A stretch of DNA of 64,000 nt from a virus: positions 21,535 to 85,534 of IMG/VR virus record IMGVR_UViG_3300033997_000141, one strand, 5' to 3'. This document shows positions 1 to 10,317 of this stretch, piece after piece. A program made the position numbers and the translations under genes. The first letter of the stretch is position 1; every line of letters begins with the position of its first letter. The notes beneath the pieces were generated by a model. That model did not search any database. It saw nothing but the letters and a program-made list of their open reading frames with translations, and was not told the origin of the DNA.

Positions 1-2
1 CG

Positions 3-2375
3 GGGCTGGCGCGCCAGCGCGCCGCGGCCAAGCTGAACATCAAGGCCCAGCAGGCGTCGGTGGACCAGCTGCAGGGACAGATCCTCACTCGCCGCAACCA
101 GATCAACCAGGCCGAGCAGCTGGGCCTGAGCCCTGACGCTATCAAGGTGCTGAAGACGGACCTGGCCAACCTCGAAGGCCAAGTCGGCGAGTACCAGACC
201 CGCGTGGCTGATGCCAAGGAGCAGCTGTCGGCGCTGGGCACCACCACCGTCGATTACACCAGCGCGGTGGACGAGCAGGGCAAGGCCCTCAGCGAGGTTA
301 TTTCGCTGACCAACCAGCTGACCCTGGCGCAGGCCAACCTGGCGGCCACCTCGCGCACTGGGATCAACAACCTGAAGGGCCAGTCCAACGTCGGGCGCCT
401 GCAGGCCGAGCTGGATCTGGCCCGGTCACGCTTCGACTCAGCCGGCCGCAGCGTGGTGCAGGTCCAGAACAATGCCCCCACGGTGGCCTCCCTGTTCGAC
501 AAGTTCGATCAGGACGCGCAGGCACAAGCCGAGGAGGCTGCCTACAAGAAGACCGCCACGGTCAGCCAGAAGCTGCTGGACCTCGACGTCAAGCGCAACG
601 AGGAGCTGGCCGAGCGGGCCCGCCTGGTCAAACAGGACGAGGAGGCCCGCGCGCGCGGCGGCGATGGCCCAGGCCTGCAGATCATCGAGGCGAGCAACAA
701 ACGCCTGCTGGGCATCGACAAGGAGCGCCTGGAGCTTCAGGCCAAGCAGGCCGACCAGCAGCAACAGCTGCACCTCGCCCAGGAGTCCGCCGCCGCTGCC
801 AGCCGCAGCGATTCGGAGAACCAGGCCGCCTTGAAGGAGCGCCTGGTTTCGCTCGACCGAGACCTGGCCAAGGAACAGTCGCCGGAGGCGGGCAAGGCGG
901 TGGACCTGGAGCGGGTTACCCAGCTGTACCGCGAGCAAGCGCAGGTCCGCCAGCAGCTCGGTGCCATCGAGAAGCGTGAGGGTCGCTCCAGCCGCAAGGA
1001 GACCTCCGACTCCACCCGCGAGCTGGAGCAGGCTCAGCGGGCCTACGACACCCTGGCCAAGAAGGTGGACCCGGTAACGTCTGCCCAGCGCGAGCTGGAG
1101 AAGGCCACCAGGGCCATGAACCTGCTGCGCCAGGAAGGCCGTATCACCATGGCCCAAGAGGGCAAGGCCCTCGGTGAGCTGAACCTGCAGTATTACGAGG
1201 CCGTGAAGGCAGCGGACAAGAACTACGCGGCCCTGATGCGCGTGCGCCAGGCCTATGCTAACCCTCCGTTCAGCGCGGGTGTGGAAGACCTGGCCGTGAT
1301 GAACGCGGCCCTGAACCGCGGCGCGGTGTCGCTGAAGGAATACTCGGACACCTACTACCAGATCCTGAAAAAGCAGAAGGAAGAAGCCACGTCCGGGCTG
1401 CCGAAGGCAAACTTGCAGGTGGGCCTGGCCTCCAGCTCTCCCTTCACTGACTGGGTGTCCACCGAGATCGAGCGGGCCCAGGGCCTCAAGCAGTTCGAGG
1501 AGCGGCAGAAGGAGCTGGAGATCGCAGAAGGGCTCCAGAACGCGGCCAATGACCGTGAGCTGCAGGCCCAGATCGAGCAGCTGAACGCCAAAAAACTGAA
1601 CGCCGAGACCCACGCCCAGGAGATGCTGGAGATCGAGGGGCGCTACAACGAAAACAAGCTGGCGATCATCCAGTCCGCCGGCCAGCGGCAGAACGCGGTC
1701 AGCGTGCAGATGGCCCAGTACGCCGAGCAGATGAACACGATGGCGCTGGCGGCGGCCATGGGCAGCGTCAGCAACATCCTCGGGATGTTCGCCAGCGTGG
1801 GCGAAGAAGCCACCAGGGCGCAGAAGGCTGCGTTCATCGCCCAGAAGGCGATCGCCGTGGCGCAGATCATCATGTTCACCGAGTTGGGCGCCGCGCAGGC
1901 CATCGGTATCGCGGGCCCGTTTGGTATCCCGCTGGCCACCTTCATTCGCGCCACGGGCTACGCGAACGCGGGCCTGGTGGCTGCACTGGCCATTGGCGAC
2001 ATCGCCACCGGTGGCCGGGTGTCCACCGCCAGCAAGGGCACAGGCGGCGGGGCCCAGATGTACGACACGGGCGGCTTCATCCCCTACAACCGCACCGGCA
2101 TCGTCGGGGAGTATGGCCCGGAGCTGGTGACAGGGCCTGCCCATGTGCGCGGGCGCGGCGCCACCAAGTCCACCATGGGCGGCGGGGGCGGGGGCGATAC
2201 CTACAACATCACGCTGGCGCCTCAGATCACCGTTGAAGGCGGGGGTGCCACAGCCACGGAGTCGGACGGCAAGCAGGTCGCCCAGACCATCAAGGTGGTG
2301 ACAATGAACACGCTGCAGGAAGCCATCCGGCCACAAGGCCTGCTGGACACATGGATTCGGTCGAGGAAGGGATAA
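3..2375 (+). CDS. Tail tape measure protein, C-terminal part (5' truncated by window)
   Basis: Frame is open from position 3. Long Ala/Gln/Glu-rich helical protein with a hydrophobic C-terminal segment and a YDTGG..GIVGEYGPELV motif typical of TMP C-termini. Lies directly upstream of M-L-K-I-J. Confidence 0.9.
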   Translation, partial: GLARQRAAAKLNIKAQQASVDQLQGQILTRRNQINQAEQLGLSPDAIKVLKTDLANLEGQVGEYQTRVADAKEQLSALGTTTVDYTSAVDEQGKALSEVISLTNQLTLAQANLAATSRTGINNLKGQSNVGRLQAELDLARSRFDSAGRSVVQVQNNAPTVASLFDKFDQDAQAQAEEAAYKKTATVSQKLLDLDVKRNEELAERARLVKQDEEARARGGDGPGLQIIEASNKRLLGIDKERLELQAKQADQQQQLHLAQESAAAASRSDSENQAALKERLVSLDRDLAKEQSPEAGKAVDLERVTQLYREQAQVRQQLGAIEKREGRSSRKETSDSTRELEQAQRAYDTLAKKVDPVTSAQRELEKATRAMNLLRQEGRITMAQEGKALGELNLQYYEAVKAADKNYAALMRVRQAYANPPFSAGVEDLAVMNAALNRGAVSLKEYSDTYYQILKKQKEEATSGLPKANLQVGLASSSPFTDWVSTEIERAQGLKQFEERQKELEIAEGLQNAANDRELQAQIEQLNAKKLNAETHAQEMLEIEGRYNENKLAIIQSAGQRQNAVSVQMAQYAEQMNTMALAAAMGSVSNILGMFASVGEEATRAQKAAFIAQKAIAVAQIIMFTELGAAQAIGIAGPFGIPLATFIRATGYANAGLVAALAIGDIATGGRVSTASKGTGGGAQMYDTGGFIPYNRTGIVGEYGPELVTGPAHVRGRGATKSTMGGGGGGDTYNITLAPQITVEGGGATATESDGKQVAQTIKVVTMNTLQEAIRPQGLLDTWIRSRKG

Positions 2376-2737
2376 TGGCAGACGTCTTTCCACCGGTGGG
2401 CCTGGACCTGGGTACACCGGACTGGGGGTTCAAGGAGAGCCCCGACGCTGAGGTCGAAGTGAGTAAGCTGGGGGATGGCTACGAGTCACGGGAGCTGATT
2501 GGCCTGAACCCCATCAAGAAGACCTACGAACCGGTGTGGTCGTACCTCACCGAGGAAGTCGCCCAGGCCGCCTACGACTTCATCACCGCGCGCCTGAAGT
2601 GGAAGGCGGTGCTGTGGACGCACCCGGTCACGGGCGTCGTGCTGAAGGTCGTGCCGCTGGCGGTGGACATCACCTACGACACGTTCGACAACGCGGTGCT
2701 GAACATCACCTTCAAGACCGACCACAACCCGGGGTAA
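2375..2737 (+). CDS. Minor tail protein, lambda gpM-like (distal tail)
   Basis: KLGDGYESR..GLNP motif. ATG overlaps the TMP stop (TAATG). Position after TMP. Confidence 0.85.
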   Translation: MADVFPPVGLDLGTPDWGFKESPDAEVEVSKLGDGYESRELIGLNPIKKTYEPVWSYLTEEVAQAAYDFITARLKWKAVLWTHPVTGVVLKVVPLAVDITYDTFDNAVLNITFKTDHNPG

Positions 2738-2740
2738 GCC

Positions 2741-3454
2741 ATGGAACTCATCGCCACGGACGCGCAGCAGCTCAGCAAGGAACCCAGGGTCACCCTTTAC
2801 GAGATCGACATCCGCAGCACGGGTCAGGACGCCGTGCTGCGGTTCACCCCCGTCGTGGACGGCCAGGAGAGCTGGCCGATCCAGTTCGGCGGCAACGTCT
2901 ATCAGCGGCTGAGCATCGTGGCCGAGGGCTTCGAGTGGAACGGCACAGGTACGGCGCCGCGCCCAACCCTCACGCTGCTGGCGAAGGACTTGGCGTTCCT
3001 CAGCCTGGTGGTGAACAGCAACGACTTGGTGGGCTGCCCGGTACGCCGCATTCGCACCTACCGCAAGTATCTGGACGACGGGTCTTCGCCGGACCCCTCC
3101 GCCCACTACCCCATCGACAACTTCAAGGTGGAGCGCAAGTCGAAGCAGGTCCGCAAGGAGCTGACCTTCGAGCTGTCAACCCCTCTCGATCAGCAGGGCA
3201 AAAAGATCCCCGCCCGCCAGGTGCTGCGTGACACCTGCTCGCACAGGTTCCGGTACTGGGCCAACGGCCAGTGGAACTACCAGGGCGTGACCTGCCCATA
3301 CGCGGGCGCGGCCATGTACGACCAGGCCGGCAACCCAACCACGGACCCGCTGAAGGCCCGTTGCGGCAAGAAAATATCAGACTGTGTGGTGCATTTCGGA
3401 GAGGACGCTGTTCTGCCTATGTTTGCGTTCCCAGGGGTAGGCCGGGTATCGTAG
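2741..3454 (+). CDS. Minor tail protein, lambda gpL-like
   Basis: EGFE...PRPTLT, RRIRTYRKYLD, and C-terminal Cys cluster (C-C-C-C) ending FPG. Confidence 0.92.
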   Translation: MELIATDAQQLSKEPRVTLYEIDIRSTGQDAVLRFTPVVDGQESWPIQFGGNVYQRLSIVAEGFEWNGTGTAPRPTLTLLAKDLAFLSLVVNSNDLVGCPVRRIRTYRKYLDDGSSPDPSAHYPIDNFKVERKSKQVRKELTFELSTPLDQQGKKIPARQVLRDTCSHRFRYWANGQWNYQGVTCPYAGAAMYDQAGNPTTDPLKARCGKKISDCVVHFGEDAVLPMFAFPGVGRVS

Positions 3455-3477
3455 CGATCAGCGCAGAGAGGGATATC

Positions 3478-4215
3478 ATGCTGCAACTACATAGGGAACA
3501 TGTTGAGCAGATCCGCGCAGAAGCGAAGGACTGCTACCCCGAGGAAGGGGTCTGGCTGATCACCGAAAAAGGGTGCCGCCAAGTCGCCAATATTCACCCC
3601 GATCCCGAGGGGTATTTCGACGTTTCCGCAGCGGACGTCACCCGTGCCCGTAAGGAAGGACTGCTGGCCATCGTCCACAGCCACACTAACGGACTGCACT
3701 ACCCCTCTGTTGCCGACATGCAGTCTCAGATCAATACGGACGTGCCGTGGGGCTTGCTGATCACCGATGGAGAGGACTCGTCGTGGATCCGCTGGTGGGG
3801 AGGGAAAACCCCAGACCAGGTAGAGGATCTACTGGACCGCACGTTCTGCCACGCCACAGCTGACTGCTATGCCCTGGTGCGCGACTACTACCTGGTGAAC
3901 TTCGGCATCCGACTCAAGGAGTTCCCGCGCGGCTGGCGCTGGTGGGATGACCAGAACCTGCTTGCCGAAGGCTTCGGGCCCGCCGGTTTCTCGGTGGTGA
4001 AGGACCAGCCGCGCGCGGGTGATGTCTGGTTGGCCAGTTTCAGCAGCAAGACCCAGACCGTGAACCATTGCGGAGTGCTGCTGGACAACAACCTGACGCA
4101 CCACCACCCCGGCGCGGGCACCCCGATCAACGCTACGAAAAAGGCCGTCATCGAACCAATTTTCCGCTACCTGCCGCACATCCAGCTGTGGGTTCGCCAT
4201 AAGGACTTGGCATGA
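3478..4215 (+). CDS. Tail assembly protein, lambda gpK-like (JAB + NlpC/P60)
   Basis: JAB motif HSH..PS..D, NlpC DCYALVRDYY and HCG. Start moved to ATG 3478 after GAGAGGG. Confidence 0.9.
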   Translation: MLQLHREHVEQIRAEAKDCYPEEGVWLITEKGCRQVANIHPDPEGYFDVSAADVTRARKEGLLAIVHSHTNGLHYPSVADMQSQINTDVPWGLLITDGEDSSWIRWWGGKTPDQVEDLLDRTFCHATADCYALVRDYYLVNFGIRLKEFPRGWRWWDDQNLLAEGFGPAGFSVVKDQPRAGDVWLASFSSKTQTVNHCGVLLDNNLTHHHPGAGTPINATKKAVIEPIFRYLPHIQLWVRHKDLA

Positions 4216-4781
4216 AGACTCTCTATCTCCACGGGTACCCTGAAACCAAGTTCGGTGGGCCCTTCACCCTGGACGTGGCATCTCCACGCGAAGCGATGAT
4301 GGCTCTGGCCATGCAGCTAGATGGGTTCGCCGAGATGATCCGCGACGGCGCCTGGCACATCCTGCGCGGCCCCCTCGAGGCTGGTGACGACGATGACGCC
4401 GAGCGCCTGGACATGGAGCTGGGCGGTGTCGAGGAGATCCACCTGATGCCGGCGATCACCGGTGCCGGTAACGGGGGTGTGTTCTCGATCATCCTCGGGA
4501 TCGCTGCCATCATCGCGGCCCCTTTCACCGGCGGCTGGTCGCTCGGCTTCTACGCGGCCGGCGCCGGCCTCATCGTTGGCGGTCTGATCCAGATGAGCAT
4601 CAAGATGCCCGGAGCAGACACCAACACCGAGTCCACTGACGACCGAGCCTCGTTCCTCTTCAACGGTCCCCGCAACCAGTCCACCCAGGGTGTTGCCATC
4701 CCTCGCGGCTACGGCCGCGCGCGCGTAGGCAGCATCGTGATCAGCGCTGGGCTCTATGCGGAGGACGTGACCAGTGGCTGA
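4212..4781 (+). CDS. Tail assembly protein, lambda gpI-like
   Basis: IHLMPAITGAG, SFLFNGP.N...QG..IP.GYG...VGS..IS motifs. Confidence 0.92.
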   Translation: MKTLYLHGYPETKFGGPFTLDVASPREAMMALAMQLDGFAEMIRDGAWHILRGPLEAGDDDDAERLDMELGGVEEIHLMPAITGAGNGGVFSIILGIAAIIAAPFTGGWSLGFYAAGAGLIVGGLIQMSIKMPGADTNTESTDDRASFLFNGPRNQSTQGVAIPRGYGRARVGSIVISAGLYAEDVTSG

Positions 4782-7700
4782 CCACAACCAGCAGATGCGC
4801 ATCCACGGCGCGGGCGGCGGCAGCAAAGGCAAGGCCCATACCCCCGTGGAGGCGCCAAACACGCTGCAAAGCGCGGTCAAGGGACGTATCCTCGACCTGC
4901 TGGCCTACGGCCCCATCTACGGCCTGGTGGACGGACTGAAGTCGGTATACCTCGACTCCACGCCGGTGCAGAACCCAGACGGCACGAACAACTTCTCCGG
5001 CGTGGTCATGGAGACCCGAGAGGGATACCCCGATCAGGACATGATCCCTGGTTTCCCGACGGTGGAGAACAGCATCGAGGTGAACACCGAGGTCCTGTTC
5101 GACACCCCGCCGGTGCGCAGCGTCTCGAACAACGACGCCGACGCGGTGCTGATCACCGTGCAGCTGGCTGCCCTGGTGCGCCAGGAGAGCAACGGTGACT
5201 CGGTAGGCGCTGCCGTGACCGTCTACGTGGACACCCGCCAGGGCAACGGGCAGTGGGTGACACGGATTGGTGACACGATCAACGGCAAGACCACCTCGCC
5301 CTACCCCCGCACCTACCGGGTGAACTTGGAAAGGAACGGCATCGGCAACTACCAAGTCCGCGTGCGCCGGGGGAACAAGGAGAGTTCCAGCTCCACCGTC
5401 CGCGACCAAGTGAACTGGACGCTGCTGACCGAGGTGATCGATCGTCGGATGAGCTACCCCAACATGGCCATGGTGGGGATCAGCGTGGACTCGAAGCTGT
5501 TCGGCAGCTCGCTGCCCAGCCGCAGCTACGACGTGAAGCTGTCGATCGTCAGCGTCCCAAGCAACTACGACCCTGCGACCCGCACCTACACGGGCCTTTG
5601 GGACGGCACGTTCAAGCAGGCCTGGACGGACAACCCCGCCTGGGCCTACTACGACCTGGCCACCCACCCCGTGATCGGCGCAGGCATCAGCACGGTGGAC
5701 AAATGGTCGCTGTACCGGATCGGCCAGTACGCCGATGAGTTGGTCGATGACGGCTTCGGAGGCATGGAGCCGCGCTTCACGCTGAACACGGTGTTCTCCG
5801 AGCAGGAAGACGCCATCCAGGCCCTCAACACCCTGGCCAGCGCGTTCCGTGGCATGTCCTACTGGGGTACCGACACCGTGGTGCCGGTGGCTGACATGCC
5901 AACCACCCCAGTGAAGATCGTGGCTCCGGCCAACGTGATCGACGGCGAGCTGGAATACTCCGGCACCAGTGAACGCGAGCGCCACTCGGTCTGTGTGGTC
6001 ATGTGGAACGACCCGAACGACGAGTTCAAGGCCGTGCCCGAAATCTACGAGGACCGGGACAGCATCGACAAGTTCGGCTGGCGTGAGACCCGCGTCACCG
6101 CCGTCGGCTGCAGCAGTCGTGGCCAGGCCCTGCGCTTGGCGAAGTGGATCCTGTACTCGGAGCGGGCCGAGACCCAGTCGCTGACCTATAAGGCCACGCT
6201 GGACCACGCAGACCTGCGCCCGGGCGACATCATCGAGGTGGCAGACCCTGACTACCAGGGGGCGCGGATGGCCGGCCGGATCATGGTGCCAAGCCAGACT
6301 GCGCCGGTCCTCGATCAGGTGCCCACAGAGGCTGTGCAGTCCACTCAGGCTGCCTGGTTCCTCAAGGTGCTCATGCCCGACGGCAGCATCCACACCTCCC
6401 AAGTCAGCTCGTTCCAGGGCAACACCGCGCACCTGCTGACCGGGCTGCCTGACCTGTCGATCGACGGTGCCATGTGGGCACTGTTCAGCCTCTCGTTGCA
6501 GCTACCCCAGTTCCGCGTCGTGTCGGTCACCGAGGAGGACGGCGGGATCTACAGTATCCTCGCCACCGAGTACGACCCGCGCAAATACGACATTGTCGAG
6601 AAGGACCTGATCCTGCCGGATCGTCCCACCAGCATGCTGCCTACCGGCCCTGTGGCCCCGCCCCTGGACCTGTCCTTCGAGGCGTACACCTACTTTGCCG
6701 GGGGCAGCGAGCACCAGGGTCTGATCATCAGCTGGGCGCCGCCGAAGGACGTCCGGGTTAGCGAGTATGTGCTGGATGTGAAATCTCCCGCTGACGGTGG
6801 TTTCCGCACCGTCTACAACGGCCCAGGCATGTCCTTCGACCTGCGAGACGCCATGGGCGGCGAGTGGATCATCCGCGTGCGCGCGGTGGCCTCCACCGGC
6901 GTGCCGTCGCAGTGGGTGAGCCGCACGGTGCAGATCGCCAACCTGCTGCTGCCGGTGCCGCCAGACTCCGTCATCGTGGTCGAGAAGACCTTCGAGATCA
7001 CCCTGAGCCCGGTCAGCGCCTATCGCACCCAGCTGTGGGAGTTCTACCGCAGCAACGTGCCGCTGTCGGCCGACCAGATCGAGACCAACGCCACCAAGCT
7101 ACCCACCGGTACCTACCTGGTTGACGTGGGGCTGCGCGCGAACAGGACTTACTACTACTACATCCGGGGCATCAACCAGTACGGCGTATCTACCTGGTTC
7201 GCCACCCAGGGCACCACCCAGAACAACTTCGACGACATCATGGAAGCCGTCAAGAAGGAGATCATGGAGGGTGACACCTACATCTGGCTGCAACAGCAGA
7301 TCGAGACGGTGGCCACGGACGCTGCCAACGCGGTGGTGGATGAGAAGGTGGCCAAGCTGCAGGAGCAGATCAACAACTTGGTCGATGCCCTGGCCTACGA
7401 CCCGAAAAAGCCCTACACCAAGTATCAGGTGGTCAAGGGCGCCAACGACGGCATGCTCTGGCAGGCCACCGGACCGGTGCCGGCCGATCCTTCCGGGGCC
7501 AACGGTCCGCCAAACCCCATGTACTGGCGCAACATCGGCGAAGCCACCGAGTCGGTCGATGCTATGGCCGCCCAGGTCGAAGAGAACCGCGTCGGCATCG
7601 AGGAGTTGGACGGCAAGGTCACGGCTTCCGCGCAGCGCGTGAGTGGCCTGGTTGCGGCCGTGCGCCGGAACGAGGATGAGCAGGCCCAAGGCGCGGCTCA

Positions 7701-8490
7701 GTCCGCGATCGACGCCTACAAGACCAAGGCCTCGTTCAACCAGAAGATCAAGGTAGTGGCTGACGAAGTCAGCGCCACCGTGGAGAAGATCGAGAGCCTG
7801 GAAGTGAAGGTGGACAACAACACCGCTTCCATCGTCACCCTCGATCAGGTGGTCACGAACGGGCTGGCCTCTAACGCCACTGCCCTTCAGACCTTGACCA
7901 CGGACTACGAGGGCAACAAGGCCACGGTGCAGAACCAGGTGACGGCGCTGTCCAGCGCCCAGAGTGCCCAGGCCACCCAGATCAGCACGCTGCAGACCAG
8001 CGTGGGCAACAACTCGGCAGCCATCCAGGTCCAGGCCGACGCGCTGACCACTCTGGACGGGCGGATGAAGGCCTCCTACGGCATCAAGGTGCAGACCAAC
8101 ACCGCCGGGACGATCTACACGGCCGGCATGGGCATCGACGTCACCACCAACAACGGGATCACGCAGACCCAGATCGTCTTCCAGGCGGACCGGTTCTCCC
8201 TGATCAACGTGGCCAACGGGGTGACCACGCTGCCGTTCCTGATCGACAGCGGCGTCGTCTACATCAACTCCGCGATGATCAAGACCGGCTCGATCGACTT
8301 CCTGAAGATCAGCGACACCATCCAGTCCGACAACTACGTGGCCAACAGCACAGGCTGGAAGCTGTGGAAGAACGGCACGTTCGAACTCAACGGTCCAGTG
8401 GCCGGCGGCGGCCGCATGAAGATCACCAACCAAGTCATTTTGGTTTATGATGCCAACGGCGTGCTGCGCGTGCGCTTGGGCATCTGGTGA
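4774..8490 (+). CDS. Tail tip / host specificity protein, lambda gpJ-like
   Basis: WDGTFKQAWTDNPAW, GCSSRGQA.R..KW, FNIII-like region, coiled coil, DUF1983-like C-terminus (FQADRF) and LRVRLGIW end. Confidence 0.95.
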   Translation: MADHNQQMRIHGAGGGSKGKAHTPVEAPNTLQSAVKGRILDLLAYGPIYGLVDGLKSVYLDSTPVQNPDGTNNFSGVVMETREGYPDQDMIPGFPTVENSIEVNTEVLFDTPPVRSVSNNDADAVLITVQLAALVRQESNGDSVGAAVTVYVDTRQGNGQWVTRIGDTINGKTTSPYPRTYRVNLERNGIGNYQVRVRRGNKESSSSTVRDQVNWTLLTEVIDRRMSYPNMAMVGISVDSKLFGSSLPSRSYDVKLSIVSVPSNYDPATRTYTGLWDGTFKQAWTDNPAWAYYDLATHPVIGAGISTVDKWSLYRIGQYADELVDDGFGGMEPRFTLNTVFSEQEDAIQALNTLASAFRGMSYWGTDTVVPVADMPTTPVKIVAPANVIDGELEYSGTSERERHSVCVVMWNDPNDEFKAVPEIYEDRDSIDKFGWRETRVTAVGCSSRGQALRLAKWILYSERAETQSLTYKATLDHADLRPGDIIEVADPDYQGARMAGRIMVPSQTAPVLDQVPTEAVQSTQAAWFLKVLMPDGSIHTSQVSSFQGNTAHLLTGLPDLSIDGAMWALFSLSLQLPQFRVVSVTEEDGGIYSILATEYDPRKYDIVEKDLILPDRPTSMLPTGPVAPPLDLSFEAYTYFAGGSEHQGLIISWAPPKDVRVSEYVLDVKSPADGGFRTVYNGPGMSFDLRDAMGGEWIIRVRAVASTGVPSQWVSRTVQIANLLLPVPPDSVIVVEKTFEITLSPVSAYRTQLWEFYRSNVPLSADQIETNATKLPTGTYLVDVGLRANRTYYYYIRGINQYGVSTWFATQGTTQNNFDDIMEAVKKEIMEGDTYIWLQQQIETVATDAANAVVDEKVAKLQEQINNLVDALAYDPKKPYTKYQVVKGANDGMLWQATGPVPADPSGANGPPNPMYWRNIGEATESVDAMAAQVEENRVGIEELDGKVTASAQRVSGLVAAVRRNEDEQAQGAAQSAIDAYKTKASFNQKIKVVADEVSATVEKIESLEVKVDNNTASIVTLDQVVTNGLASNATALQTLTTDYEGNKATVQNQVTALSSAQSAQATQISTLQTSVGNNSAAIQVQADALTTLDGRMKASYGIKVQTNTAGTIYTAGMGIDVTTNNGITQTQIVFQADRFSLINVANGVTTLPFLIDSGVVYINSAMIKTGSIDFLKISDTIQSDNYVANSTGWKLWKNGTFELNGPVAGGGRMKITNQVILVYDANGVLRVRLGIW

Positions 8491-8512
8491 TGACCCCAAT
8501 CAAGGAGAGATC

Positions 8513-10306
8513 ATGGTCACATGGGTAAAGACCGGGACGGTCGATGTCACCAACGGCAGCACTACCGTCATTGGCCACGGCACGATGTTCGTGGACGAGT
8601 TCCGGGAAGGGGATGGGTTCGTAGGTCCTGACGACAGGCTCTATGAAGTCCTCAACTTGGTCAGCAACACCCAGATGACCCTGGGCAAGGGCTACAACGG
8701 CATCACCGAGAACGGCCGGCCCTACGCTGTGATCCCGATCCAGGGCTACCTGCAGCGTACCGCAGACATGCTGCGCGAGCTGACCTTGGAGGCTGGTGAG
8801 ACCATCAGCAGCCCGAACGTCAGTGCGCTGGCGCAAGCTATTGCCGCTGCCAATGGTGTCCTGTACTTCACCACCTCCACGACGATGGGTACGGCGCCCA
8901 GCCAGGCGTTTGGCCGAGGGTTGCTCAACCTGGCGAATGATGTGGCACTGCGTAATGCAGCAGGGCTGGAGCCAAGCCAGGCGTATGGCAGGGGGTTTTT
9001 GAACTTAGCAGACGCTGCGGCGGGTAGAACGAAGCTAGCATTAGGCACTGCGGCGACCGGCACAGTGACAACCTCCTGGGCAGACACCACCGCCAACCGG
9101 ATCACTAAAACCGGAGATTATGGGTGGGGTGCGACTGGACTGACGGACTCCGATCTCGCCATTATCGGCCACTCTACCGCGTTCAGAGGGTTCAACAGCA
9201 CGGCGCTACCGACGACTGCTACGCATGTCGGGGTTCATTTACAGCGCGAAGCGGGTGGCCGTGCGCTGAGCCTTGTAGGCGGTGACTCGGGCAATAAGTT
9301 GTACTGGATGAACCGGAACAGCTCTGGCGCGGCTCAACCTTGGAAAGAGGCCATGGCAGTTGGCGACTTTGGTATCGGTGGCTATGGTGCCCTCGTTCTG
9401 TCAACCGCTATCAATAGCCTCGTGACCACCGGGTTTTATTATTGCAATAGTGCGAACAGTGGCGAGAACTTGCCTGTTGCAAGCAACGGTTATTTGCTGG
9501 TCCACGCACAAGGCCCGCTCTATACCAAACAAACGTTTAGCCACGACACAGATGGCCGGACCTGGGAGCGCTTCCTCGTCAACAACGTTTGGCAAAATTG
9601 GGATCCCGTCCTAAAAGGATCCAACGTAACAGTCAGCGCAGACGACATCGGTGTAGGCCGTTTGTTGAAGAACGGGGACTGGGGTATTGGCGCCACCAAC
9701 AACGCTGTTACCGTTGCCGACCTCAACGTAGTTGCGGCGGGTGGTATTCGGAGGGTTACACCGGATACCACCAACAGACCGTCGGGACTCAACTACGGTA
9801 CTGTTGTTGACACCATGTACGAAAAGAGTTCAGAGAACTGGGCTCAGATGGCGATGTCGATGACGGAGCCGAGGGCGTGGATACGTTCGCGCATCAACAA
9901 CGCCGCACCAGCAGTTTCCGAAATCTACACTAGGTTCAATGCTGTCGGAACTGTCTCCCAAGTGAGCGGAATACCGACCGGAGCAGTTATTGAGCGAGGT
10001 AGTAACAGTAACGGGCAATACGTCAAATATGCAGATGGGACAATGTTCCAATGGGGGCAAGTTCAATCTGCAAGCCTCGCTGTGTCTACAACAACCGCAA
10101 GCGCTATTCCATTCCCTTTGCCGTTTGCGGGCTCTGCCCCCATCATGCCTAAAATATCTGTAGAACCCTATTTGAACTGGGACCACTACGGGGCGATTGG
10201 TGCCTCAAGTGTTAGTTCGAACGCTATGAACGTCTTTGTTCGAAACGGTGCGACCACCGCACAGCAATTTGTCATACGCTGGGAATGTACCGGGCGTTGG
10301 TTCTAG
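8513..10306 (+). CDS. Tail fibre protein with pyocin-knob-like modules
   Basis: N-terminal W..GTV.VTNGS..V.G.GT anchor, three GD(Y/F/W)G(W/I)G repeats and C-terminal TGAVIERGSNSNGQYVKYADGT..QWG. RBS AAGGAG precedes ATG 8513. Confidence 0.88.
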   Translation: MVTWVKTGTVDVTNGSTTVIGHGTMFVDEFREGDGFVGPDDRLYEVLNLVSNTQMTLGKGYNGITENGRPYAVIPIQGYLQRTADMLRELTLEAGETISSPNVSALAQAIAAANGVLYFTTSTTMGTAPSQAFGRGLLNLANDVALRNAAGLEPSQAYGRGFLNLADAAAGRTKLALGTAATGTVTTSWADTTANRITKTGDYGWGATGLTDSDLAIIGHSTAFRGFNSTALPTTATHVGVHLQREAGGRALSLVGGDSGNKLYWMNRNSSGAAQPWKEAMAVGDFGIGGYGALVLSTAINSLVTTGFYYCNSANSGENLPVASNGYLLVHAQGPLYTKQTFSHDTDGRTWERFLVNNVWQNWDPVLKGSNVTVSADDIGVGRLLKNGDWGIGATNNAVTVADLNVVAAGGIRRVTPDTTNRPSGLNYGTVVDTMYEKSSENWAQMAMSMTEPRAWIRSRINNAAPAVSEIYTRFNAVGTVSQVSGIPTGAVIERGSNSNGQYVKYADGTMFQWGQVQSASLAVSTTTASAIPFPLPFAGSAPIMPKISVEPYLNWDHYGAIGASSVSSNAMNVFVRNGATTAQQFVIRWECTGRWF

Positions 10307-10317
10307 GAGAGGGTCAT

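Noticed and set aside
438-2417. 659-aa antisense ORF over the tape measure gene; similar long antisense ORFs at 4741-6432, 7099-8499, 22309-23844, 38530-40710, 48514-50889 and 60487-61899
   Set aside because: Shadow ORFs expected from strong GC3 codon bias. The opposite strand carries the motif-bearing, RBS-supported genes.
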